The notes beneath the pieces are model-generated. The model searched no databases, was not told the origin of the DNA, and saw only the letters and a program-made list of their open reading frames with translations. DNA of 27,734 nt from Candidatus Scalinduaceae bacterium (lineage in GTDB: Bacteria > Planctomycetota > Brocadiia > Brocadiales > Scalinduaceae): the NCBI GenBank assembly GCA_046759445.1, contig JBHICG010000045.1:1-27734 (forward strand), in the 5' to 3' direction. Below, in pieces: positions 16,870 to 25,349 of the stretch. Position 1 is the stretch's first letter, and each line of letters begins with the position of its first letter. A program made the translations under genes and the position numbers.

Positions 16870-19107
16870 ATGAAAAATTATAAGAAATTTACAATAGAGA
16901 TAACGGGGATGACATGTGACTCCTGCGCAAAGAGAATAGAGAAGGCCATTGGCACTACTAAAGGTGTAAGGGAAGCAATCGTCAACTTTGCAACTAAGAG
17001 GGCAACTGTCACAGGCAGTACTCCTGTTGAAGCTATTTATAAAACTATTGAGGGGTTGGGCTATGGTGTTGTCAGGGAGGAAAGTCCCGTTATATCTAAA
17101 GAAGCAATCGCTGGGACAGAATGGAAAAGGTTTTTAATTGCAGCGATATTGAGCGTTCCTGTCTTTATAATAAGTATGTTTATGATACATTTTAGATTTT
17201 CTGACCTTCTTCAACTCATTTTAACAACTATTGTGATTGCCTGGCCGGGTATTGGATTTTTTAAAAACGCACTCAGGCAACTTAAACACTTGTCGTTAGG
17301 AATGGACGCACTAATTACATTGGGTGTGGGCGCTGCTTATGGTTATAGTGTAGTAACCTTGTTAAAAGGGGGAGGAGATCTATATTTTGAATCTGCCTCA
17401 ATAATAATCACATTAATTCTCCTCGGCAGATTTTTTGAGACAAAGGCTAAAGGCAAGGCAGGTTATGCAATCAGAAAACTAATGGACCTACAGCCCAAGA
17501 TGGCCAGAGTTGTAAGAGATAGTGAAGAAAAAGAAGTCTCAGTATTTGATATACAGGTGGGAGAAAAGTTAGTAATAAGACCCGGAGAAAAGATACCCGT
17601 TGATGGAATAGTAACTGAAGGGGAAACGTCCGTTGACGAATCAATGCTGACGGGAGAGAGTATGCCTGTTACCAAGGTGGAAGATGATAAGGTCTTTGGG
17701 GGAACCATAAACACAACAGGCCTCATCTATATGACAGCCGTCAAAATTGGGGTAAATACGGTCTTAGCTCAAATAGCAAAGCTCGTTGAGGATGCTCAAG
17801 GTTCAAAGGCCCCAGTTCAACGGTTAGCGGATAAGGTTTCAGGAATATTTGTCCAGATAGTTATTTATATAGCCTTATTAACCTTTGGAGTATGGATAAT
17901 GATAGGCTATCCATTTAATATGGCGCTTCTTTCTGCAGTTGCCGTTCTGGTGATAGCATGTCCGTGTGCGTTGGGACTTGCCACACCGACAGCAGTTATG
18001 GTGGGTACCGGGCGGGCGGCTGAAGCAGGAATACTAATCAAAGATGCCTCAAGTCTGGAACTTGCACACAAGATTGATACTCTTATTTTGGATAAAACAG
18101 GTACGATAACCGAGGGAAGACCTTCGGTTACAGATTTTTTTAGTAAGATAAATGGAAGGGGTGTATCTGAGGAAACAGATGATGAAAAAGCAAGAGATTT
18201 GGAGCGAAATATCCTGCAAATAGTAGGGAGTTGTGAGAGACATTCTGAGCATCCAATAGGTAAAGCAATAGTGCACTACGTTGAGACTAAGGGTATTGAT
18301 TTAAAGGATGTAAAAAGTTTTAAGACAATTATGGGTATGGGTGTACAAGCCAGCTATAATGGATATGTCATACATATTGGTAGTGAGAGGTTAATGAATG
18401 AAAATAATTATGATATTTCGGATTTAAGAAAAAAGGCTGCAGAGATTGAACGAAAGGGCAAGACGGTTGCCTTTCTGGCTGTTAATAATGAAGTAAAGGC
18501 TGTTTTTGGTATAGGGGATGTGATAAGAAAGACGTCAAAGGATGCAATAAAGAAAATAAAAGATATGGGAATTGAGATTGTTATGCTCACGGGTGATAAT
18601 GAGATTATAGCTGAGGCGGTCGGTGAAGAAATGGGCATAAAGTTTATAAAGGCAAACCTTAAACCTGCAGATAAATCTGATCAAATAAGGAAGATTCGTA
18701 AAAGTGGCAAGACTGTTGGGATGGTTGGAGATGGTATAAATGACGCACCTGCCCTTGCTACTTCAGACGTTAGCTTTGCTGTTGGTACGGCTACCGAGAT
18801 AGCAATGGAGGCAGCAAACATTACATTGGTGAAAGGGGATATTTCAAGGGCATGTGAGGCGATAAAGCTTAGCAAACAAACGATGAACATAATCAAACAA
18901 AACCTTTTCTGGGCCTTCGGTTACAACATACTTGCAATACCTGTTGCAGCAGTTGGCTTGCTCAACCCAATGATTGCGGCAGGTGCTATGGCATTTAGTT
19001 CAGTATCTGTGGTTACTAACTCCCTGAGATTGAGAAGATATCAGAATTGGGACAAAAAACTAAAAAAAGCAAAAAAGAACTTAACAAACAAGAATAATAT
19101 TGTATAA
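16870..19107 (+). CDS. copA: Cu(I)-translocating P1B-type ATPase
   Basis: GMTCDSC HMA domain, [29 protein letters not shown] and MAFSS ligands. Confidence 0.95.
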   Translation: MKNYKKFTIEITGMTCDSCAKRIEKAIGTTKGVREAIVNFATKRATVTGSTPVEAIYKTIEGLGYGVVREESPVISKEAIAGTEWKRFLIAAILSVPVFIISMFMIHFRFSDLLQLILTTIVIAWPGIGFFKNALRQLKHLSLGMDALITLGVGAAYGYSVVTLLKGGGDLYFESASIIITLILLGRFFETKAKGKAGYAIRKLMDLQPKMARVVRDSEEKEVSVFDIQVGEKLVIRPGEKIPVDGIVTEGETSVDESMLTGESMPVTKVEDDKVFGGTINTTGLIYMTAVKIGVNTVLAQIAKLVEDAQGSKAPVQRLADKVSGIFVQIVIYIALLTFGVWIMIGYPFNMALLSAVAVLVIACPCALGLATPTAVMVGTGRAAEAGILIKDASSLELAHKIDTLILDKTGTITEGRPSVTDFFSKINGRGVSEETDDEKARDLERNILQIVGSCERHSEHPIGKAIVHYVETKGIDLKDVKSFKTIMGMGVQASYNGYVIHIGSERLMNENNYDISDLRKKAAEIERKGKTVAFLAVNNEVKAVFGIGDVIRKTSKDAIKKIKDMGIEIVMLTGDNEIIAEAVGEEMGIKFIKANLKPADKSDQIRKIRKSGKTVGMVGDGINDAPALATSDVSFAVGTATEIAMEAANITLVKGDISRACEAIKLSKQTMNIIKQNLFWAFGYNILAIPVAAVGLLNPMIAAGAMAFSSVSVVTNSLRLRRYQNWDKKLKKAKKNLTNKNNIV

Positions 19108-19175
19108 ATATCGTATATAAATTAGAAGTAATTGTAGCGTACATATAAAAAACATTTCTCTATAATGAAATAATT

Positions 19176-20885
19176 ATGTATGGATTAAATGAAAAAGCTG
19201 CGACTATTGTTTTTTCTATAATACTTGTAGTTATTATTACAAGAGTAGTTTTATTTATTATTGGAAGAATGAAGACTAAGCAGACAAGATTAGAAAAGAG
19301 AAAACTTAAACAACAAGCGAGATTAGAAAGGAAAAAACTTAAAGAGCAAGCAAGACAAGAGAAACAAGCAAAGCAAGAACGGGTTAAACGGGCAAGGTTA
19401 GAAAAGAAGAAACTTGAACAGCAAGCGAGGCAGGAACAAATTAAACAGGTAAGGTTAGAAAGGACGAAACTAGAACAGCAGGCAAAGCGGGAGAAACAAG
19501 CAAAGCGAGAGCGGGTTGAACAGGAAAGATTGGAAAGGAAGCAACATAAACAGCAAGTGAGACAGGAACAGGCCAAGCAGGCAAAGGCTGAAAAGCTTGA
19601 ACTTGAAAAATTCCTATTCGACAGCTTACGAGTGGAAGAACAGGCAAAACGGGAGAGGTTGGAAGGGAAAAAACTTGAAAAACAAGCAAAGCGAGAGCGG
19701 GTTAAACAGGAAAGATTAGAAAAGAAGAGACTTGAAAAGCAAGAGAAGTCGAGACGAGCGGAGTTAGAAAAGTTAAGGCTTGCACATGAACGGGCTAAAA
19801 AAGCAGAATTGGAAAAGATAAGACATGAGGAAGAAAAGGCTAAACAGGAAGAGTTAGAAAAACTAAGACTTGAGTTAGAACGGGCCAAACAGACAGAGTC
19901 GGAGAATGTAAGACATGAACTAGAGCAGGCTAGAGAAACAGAGTTAGAAAAGTTAAGGCTTGAACATGAACGGGCTAAAAAAGCAGAATTGGAAAAGATA
20001 AGACATGAAGAAGAAAAGGGTAAGCAGGAAGAGCTAGAAAAGCTAAGAGTTGAGCAAGAGCAGGCTAAACAAGAAGAGTTAGAGAAGGTAAGACTTGAAT
20101 TAGAACGGGCCAAACAGACAGAGTCGGAGAATGTAAGACATGAACTAGAGCAGGTTAGAGAAGCAGAGTTAGAAAAGTTAAAGCTTGAGCATGAACGGGC
20201 TAAAGAAGCAGAATTGGAAAAGATAAGACATGAAGAAGAAAAGACTAAACAGGAAGAGCTAGAAAAGCTAAGAGTTGAGCAAGAGCAGGCTAAACAGGAA
20301 GAGTTAGAAAAGGTAAGACTTGAATTAGAACGGGCCAAACAGACAGAGTCGGAGAATGTAAGGCTTGAACTAGAGCAGGCTAGAGAAGCAGAGTTAGAAA
20401 AGTTAAAGCTTGAGCATGAACGGGCTAAAGAAGCAGAATTGGAAAAGATAAGACATGAAGAAGAAAAGACTAAACAGGAAGAGCTAGAAAAGCTAAGAGT
20501 TGAGCAAGAACAGGCTAAACAGGAAGAGTTAGAAAAAACAAGACTTGAACTAGAGCAGGCTAAACAGTCAGAGTTGGAAGAGGTAAGACTTGAACAAGCA
20601 AAGTTAGAAAAAGAGAAAAAAAAGGAACAAACGATAGATAGAAAATTGATAGAAGAGAAATGGGCAAAAATTAAAAAGGGTGACTCTGCTGAAAAAGTTT
20701 CTAATATACTTGGTACTCCTACATCAACTAGAAGAGAAGGTGGGAAAAAAGAATTGTGGACTTATGTTTATGGTTTGAATGAGAAACGAATCTTGACGTT
20801 TAATAAAGGGTGCTTAGAAAAGATAGATACTGGTGAAAATATATTAGCCAAGGCATTACTTTCCCTACATGGGAAGAAAGACTGA
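19176..20885 (+). CDS. Membrane-anchored E/K/R/Q-rich repeat protein with a C-terminal SmpA/BamE-like fold
   Basis: N-terminal TM, ~450 aa of charged helical repeats, and C-terminal WAKIKKGDSAEKVSNILGTP...ELWTY...LTFNKG.L. Confidence 0.8.
   Translation: MYGLNEKAATIVFSIILVVIITRVVLFIIGRMKTKQTRLEKRKLKQQARLERKKLKEQARQEKQAKQERVKRARLEKKKLEQQARQEQIKQVRLERTKLEQQAKREKQAKRERVEQERLERKQHKQQVRQEQAKQAKAEKLELEKFLFDSLRVEEQAKRERLEGKKLEKQAKRERVKQERLEKKRLEKQEKSRRAELEKLRLAHERAKKAELEKIRHEEEKAKQEELEKLRLELERAKQTESENVRHELEQARETELEKLRLEHERAKKAELEKIRHEEEKGKQEELEKLRVEQEQAKQEELEKVRLELERAKQTESENVRHELEQVREAELEKLKLEHERAKEAELEKIRHEEEKTKQEELEKLRVEQEQAKQEELEKVRLELERAKQTESENVRLELEQAREAELEKLKLEHERAKEAELEKIRHEEEKTKQEELEKLRVEQEQAKQEELEKTRLELEQAKQSELEEVRLEQAKLEKEKKKEQTIDRKLIEEKWAKIKKGDSAEKVSNILGTPTSTRREGGKKELWTYVYGLNEKRILTFNKGCLEKIDTGENILAKALLSLHGKKD
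19789..20610 (+). repeat. Intragenic tandem repeat: 45-bp units organised in 225-bp higher-order repeats
   Basis: GAACGGGCCAAACAGACAGAGTCGGAGAATGTAAG recurs at ~19878, ~20103 and ~20328. Confidence 0.9.
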
Positions 20886-21067
20886 ATATGCCAAAAGTTG
20901 GAAAAGTTAGAAAAATATTGTAAAGCATACCTGATCAGTGGTAACACTATGTCTATGGTTAGGGATTGAAATAGAATAATCAATTATTAACTAAAATATA
21001 ATGCTGAAAAGGCCTTCCCCTATTTCTTATACTCTATTTCAGAAGTTTATGTTTGTTCTCACCTTCA

Positions 21068-21136
21068 CTACAATACCGAAAAAATTAGTGTGACTGTAAT
21101 ACCTGTGGTAGCCCCGGCCCATAGCGCACGATACAT
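21068..21136 (-). pseudogene. Probable C-terminal fragment of the UbiA-like prenyltransferase (MYRALWAGATTGITVTLIFSVL*)
   Basis: Hydrophobic terminal helix. Its stop region TATTGTAGTGAAGGTGAGAA matches the end of the remnant at 22008-22027. Confidence 0.45.
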
Positions 21137-21258
21137 TTCCTTGATTTTCAATACCATTCATGCTATTTTTAGTACTAGTATGTACTAATTAATTTAAAGT
21201 ATGGCATATTATCATTAAAATTAATAGTAAGTTTAATTATTATAAAGGAGATATATTA

Positions 21259-21891
21259 ATGAACAAATTTAGATTTTTTGTGATTTTAGTTTTTATTTCA
21301 CTGTGTATTAACATCAACACAGTAACAAAGAATGTCTCTGCTGATTCAATCAGCGTTGACGTATGTGCAACTCACGTTCCCGGATTCATGCGATACTGTT
21401 TTCAGGTAGTCAATGACGATCAAAACGAACCCAACCCGAAGCATCATATTGAGCACATTGCATTACTGACTATAAAATATATTACCAAGGGGGCAACACC
21501 AGCAGACCATCTATTCAGAGACAATATTACAGGCCCAAATCTATGGAATTCTAAAGTCACAATAATTGGTAAGAATCAAAATATTACCTGGACGTTTGAT
21601 GGATATTTTGGCTCAAAAACTACAAAATATACAGTTGAGAAACCGGATGAAACAATAAAACCAGGCGATCGTTCCAGTGTCTTCAGTTTTGTCGTAAACG
21701 GAGAAATCACTGTAACGGAATTTGAAACTGGTTTTCAACAATCACCAGGTTCGTACAAAAGCCATTCCAAGGGCACTAGTCCTTTTGGAGTAGTATTTTT
21801 AACCGATGATAATGATACAGATTTTTTAAGAGACACGGATGGTGATGGTATTGCAGATAAATATGACGACGATCCAGATAGTACAAAATGA
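21259..21891 (+). CDS. Secreted hypothetical protein with a C-terminal Asp-rich (thrombospondin type-3-like) Ca-binding motif
   Basis: AAAGGAG RBS, signal peptide ending VSA-D, beta-rich body, DTDGDGIADKYDDDP tail. Confidence 0.8.
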   Translation: MNKFRFFVILVFISLCININTVTKNVSADSISVDVCATHVPGFMRYCFQVVNDDQNEPNPKHHIEHIALLTIKYITKGATPADHLFRDNITGPNLWNSKVTIIGKNQNITWTFDGYFGSKTTKYTVEKPDETIKPGDRSSVFSFVVNGEITVTEFETGFQQSPGSYKSHSKGTSPFGVVFLTDDNDTDFLRDTDGDGIADKYDDDPDSTK

Positions 21892-22019
21892 CACAGGAAT
21901 CCTTCAGAAAGGAAGATTCTAATGTATCTGGCAATACGAACTTAGTTTCACTTTACTCACTGCCTATGTATGGTTCGTATCACAGTTAGATACAATTAAA
22001 ATTTTTATTCTCACTTTCA

Positions 22020-22386
22020 CTACAATAAAAAGCATATCCAATATGCAATTGCAAAGTGGTAGGAAACAAGAAAAGCAAAGATACCGCCAGCTATCATCAA
22101 AAGTAAGCTAAACAACCAGAGACCATTTTGGAACTGGTGGTGGTGAATCAAGATAGTCAATATCTCCGGTATCTCGATCGAAAGCACTATTAAAGGCTAA
22201 TGTACCACCGTTTAGCATGATTGGCCAAATAATCACTCCAAAAAATAACCATGTTATGTTTGATATCCATTCCGCATGTGGCAAGGCTACAAAATAACCG
22301 ACTGTTGTGTGGCCTGCTACTATTGGCCAGGAACATGGCCTTAAATGTAAAAAATAATGTTTTACTCTTATATTATTTATTTTCAA
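22020..22386 (-). pseudogene. UbiA-family prenyltransferase, frameshifted and truncated
   Basis: HLRP.SW, NGGTLAFNSAFDRDTGDI, PPPVP. After a frameshift near 22125 it reads LWLFSLLLMIAGG...AYWICFLL*. Only ~120 aa remain. Confidence 0.8.
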
Positions 22387-22434
22387 TTTTATCCTTTTTT
22401 TTAATTAGAGGCTTAGGAATTTCAATGTATTTTG

Positions 22435-22512
22435 GTAAGAGCCGTCTCCCGACGGCGAGTAGCATCCCACAATGTTGTGCAAGCCCTGTCGCCAACGGGA
22501 GTTGGCTCCTAC
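22435..22512. repeat. GTAG-type REP doublet (REPIN-like)
   Basis: GTAAGAGCCGTCTCCCGACGGCGA ... TCGCCAACGGGAGTTGGCTCCTAC in inverted orientation, each with an internal palindrome. Confidence 0.75.
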
Positions 22513-22554
22513 CGTGTAAAATTATATTAAAGCTGTCGAAGGCAGCCTAATTTG

Positions 22555-23052
22555 ATGAATGACATAAAAATCAGAAAGGTTGAGGACCATGACTTAGATG
22601 AATGTTATAGCGTAGAGTCTGCTTGCTATACTTCTGACGGTGCAACAAGAGAGAAGATTCAAAAACGCATAAGGTTTTATCCTGAAGGATTCTTGATTAC
22701 CGAATCTAAAGGGCAAATAATTGGACTCATTAATAGCGGAGCTACAAACAGAGAAGACATAACTGACGAAGAATTCAAGGATATGGTTGGTCATGTTAAT
22801 GATGGTAAAAATATAGTCATTTTTTCCTTAGCCGTCTTACCTGAATTCCAGGGAACTGGAGTTTCTAAACAGTTGATGTCAAGGTTTATTGAAGTGTCAG
22901 AAGACCTTAAAAAGGATAAGATTCTATTGCTTTGTAAATCTGAATTGATTCCCTACTATCAAAATTATGGTTTTTTATATGGTGGAAAATCAAAATCAAC
23001 ACATGGTGGTTTCGAGTGGTATGAAATGTATCTGCTGCTTAAGGCCAAGTAA
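22555..23052 (+). CDS. GNAT-family N-acetyltransferase
   Basis: IFSLAVLPEFQGTGVSKQLM acetyl-CoA motif, LLCK.ELIPYY...GF, STHGGFEWYEM. Confidence 0.92.
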   Translation: MNDIKIRKVEDHDLDECYSVESACYTSDGATREKIQKRIRFYPEGFLITESKGQIIGLINSGATNREDITDEEFKDMVGHVNDGKNIVIFSLAVLPEFQGTGVSKQLMSRFIEVSEDLKKDKILLLCKSELIPYYQNYGFLYGGKSKSTHGGFEWYEMYLLLKAK

Positions 23053-23240
23053 CATTCCTATTCACCGCACCCGCCAAACTAACCGTCGGGCAGGGAGGAC
23101 ATCACGGTCACAGAGAAAAACATTGAGGCAAGTCGTCCGAGACGCCCCTTGGAGCAACTCCTAGATCCGACTCAGTCGGGAAGCAAGAAGTTATTATTTG
23201 TTATTAGTTATATGGTTTTATGCAGTAAATAAAATAGTGC

Positions 23241-23285
23241 TTGACAAAATTGCAAACAAGTAATACCATTAAAAGTAATACTTTT
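23241..23285 (+). promoter_or_regulatory. Promoter and operator of the TA operon
   Basis: TTGACA-N17-TACCAT; AAGTAATAC twice (23258, 23273); palindrome AAAAGTA-A-TACTTTT (23271-23285). Confidence 0.75.
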
Positions 23286-23303
23286 TAAAAGGAGGTGAAC
23301 ATA

Positions 23304-23531
23304 ATGCGAGTTACAATTAAGGGGCAGGTGACAATCCCCCGCCACATTCGTGAAAAACTGGGAATTACGCCTAATACTGATGTTAGTTTTCAAGAAGAAG
23401 GTGGAAAGGTTTATTTAACAAAGAAGAAAGTAACAGTTCCAAAGAAAAACAGATTTCGCCGTTACCGGGGTATTGCAACTGTCAAGATGACTACGGATGA
23501 AATTATGACCTTGACCAGAGGCAGGAAATGA
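23304..23531 (+). CDS. AbrB/MazE/SpoVT-family antitoxin (VapB-like)
   Basis: MRVTIKGQVTIPRHIREKLGI.P; SD AAGGAGGTG; ATGA overlap with the toxin gene. Confidence 0.93.
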   Translation: MRVTIKGQVTIPRHIREKLGITPNTDVSFQEEGGKVYLTKKKVTVPKKNRFRRYRGIATVKMTTDEIMTLTRGRK

Positions 23532-23932
23532 CCGGGATATTGATTGATTCCAACGTGATACTGGACCTGTTTGAAGAAGATTCCGGTTGGGTTGAATGGT
23601 CGGAAGAGATGCTAAATCTATACAGCTACACTCATACCTTGTACATAAACCCTATAATATATTCCGAGGTTTCTATAGGTTTTAAACGTATTGAAGAATT
23701 GGAAGACGCTTTATCAGGATGCGGCTTCGAACTTTTACAAATCCCGAAAGAAGCTCTTTTTCTTGCTGGAAAGACATATCTTAAATACAGAAAGCGTAAG
23801 GGAACCAAGATGTCTCCATTACCGGATTTCTTCATAGGTGCCCATGCTGCCGTAGACAAACTGGAATTAATGACGAGAGATACGCCGCGATACAAGTCAT
23901 ATTTCCCAACTGTCAAACTCATATCACCATAA
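23528..23932 (+). CDS. vapC: PIN-domain VapC-family toxin
   Basis: LIDSNVILD, IIYSE, LPDFFIGAHA, LMTRD acidic catalytic residues. Confidence 0.93.
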   Translation: MTGILIDSNVILDLFEEDSGWVEWSEEMLNLYSYTHTLYINPIIYSEVSIGFKRIEELEDALSGCGFELLQIPKEALFLAGKTYLKYRKRKGTKMSPLPDFFIGAHAAVDKLELMTRDTPRYKSYFPTVKLISP

Positions 23933-24119
23933 ATGTTTTAGGCAGGAAGTACACAAGCACAAAAGTATCTTAGAAAAGATTATCAGGAACCCAGGAATAC
24001 AGGAAAATATTAAATTTTAACCAAGGAAAAGCACGGAGGTGAGAAGCTGGAAGCCCGCCAAACAATCTGTCGGGTAAACAAGAAGGCAAGAGGTAAGATA
24101 ACAGTCGATGACCCTAATT

Positions 24120-24251
24120 TTCTTATTACTTTGCAAATCTGAATTGATTCCCTACTATCAAAATTATGGTTTTTTATATGGTGGAAAATCAAAATCAACA
24201 CATGGTGGTTTTGAGTGGTATGAAATGTATTTATCACTAAATGCAGAGTAA
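24120..24251 (+). pseudogene. Duplicate 3' end of the GNAT gene
   Basis: 24135-24230 matches 22936-23031 at 95/96 nt; it ends YLSLNAE* instead of YLLLKAK*. Confidence 0.9.
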
Positions 24252-24278
24252 CATGCTCCATATGTATCGCACCCTTTC

Positions 24279-24452
24279 TTAACGGGCGCTGTCCCTAGTT
24301 TCGTCAGAATTATTTGTATAATACTCATCTAGAGGCACATTTCCATTTTCAATAGCGCCGTTACCAATGAGAAATATTACCTCAGGTATAAACAGCTTAT
24401 TATCTATCCTAAATATTCTGTAATCATTTTTTTGTTGTTTTTTAGTATTCAT
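24279..24452 (-). pseudogene. Short ORF, possible N-terminal remnant of a SIR2-like/AbiH-like protein
   Basis: MNTKKQQKND...PEVIFLIGNGAIENG; directly downstream of and co-oriented with the helicase; ends next to the GNAT duplicate. Confidence 0.35.
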
Positions 24453-24515
24453 AGCTTTATCTTCACATCCCCCTCTTACTTCCTCTAAGGCTACTCCCAA
24501 TGTCAAGACAAAATA

Positions 24516-25349
24516 TCATCTGTCAGTACCTAACCAGTCACCCATTCCACTCCATCCACTATCTTTATAAGTCCTGTCTGGTCTGGTAGGTATATCATCT
24601 GGTAATGTTCCCTTTTCTAGCAGTTCACCTTTGCAGTATTTTCTCCATTCAGTCCTATTCTTTAATCCGAGAGTATGAACAAATACACGTGCTTCCTTGA
24701 AGGAACAAAACTTTCTGTCCTTTGGAGCAACTATACCCGTACCCAGCCAGTCACCCCAGCCGTTCCATCCCTGGCCTTTAAAGGATCTGTCTGGTTTAGC
24801 AGGTATATCTTGAGGTAACATACCATTTTCTGGTAGTTCACCTTTGCAATATTTTCTCCATTCAATATTACTCTTTAACCCGAGACTACGGACAAATGAA
24901 CGTGCCTTATTAAATGAACGGTACTTTCGTTTCTTTGTAGCGACAGTGCCCGTACCCAGCCAGTTACCCCAGCCTTTCCAACCTTGCCCTTTATAGGTTC
25001 CACACGGATTGGCAGGTATATCCTCTGGTAATTTCCCCTTTTCTGACAATTTACCTTTGCAGTATTCCCTCCATTCTATATGACTCTTTAACCCGAGACT
25101 ATGGATAAATGCACGTGCTTTCTTGAAGGAACGGTACTTTCTGTCCCGTGGAGCAACAGTTCCAGTACCTAGCCAGTCACCCCATCCGTTCCATCCCTTA
25201 TCTTCATAAGTCCTTTCTGGTTTGGCGGGTATATCATCTGGTAATGTTCCCGTTTTTGATAACTTACCCTTACAATATTCTCTCCATTCACTATTACTCT
25301 TTAAGCCGAGACTACGGCTAAATTCACGTGCTTCTTCAAATGGACGCCA
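24516..25349 (-). repeat. Four 213-bp intragenic repeats
   Basis: A CCAGT(C/T)ACCC motif recurs at ~24534, 24747, 24960 and 25173. Confidence 0.92.

Noticed and set aside
19160..20338. 392-aa Ser/Cys/Leu-rich minus-strand ORF
   Set aside because: Antisense mirror of the E/K/R/Q repeat gene; the lack of stops follows from the repeat codons.
19789..20610. Regular repeats considered as a CRISPR array
   Set aside because: The units are in-frame 45/225-bp coding repeats without unique spacers, and there are no cas genes.
22251..22550. 99-aa plus-strand ORF
   Set aside because: Overlaps the UbiA remnant in antisense and reads through a REP doublet; no protein features.
23046..23095. TAAC at the GNAT stop as an attC left arm
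   Set aside because: No matching GTTRRRY right arm; the downstream hairpin is better explained by the CCCGCC..GTCGGG repeat family.
24010..24261. 83-aa minus-strand ORF
   Set aside because: Antisense to the duplicated GNAT end and the repeat mosaic.
24516..25349. 213-bp repeats considered as DGR template/variable repeats
   Set aside because: Differences are not adenine-specific, all copies are in frame within one CDS, and no reverse transcriptase is in the window.
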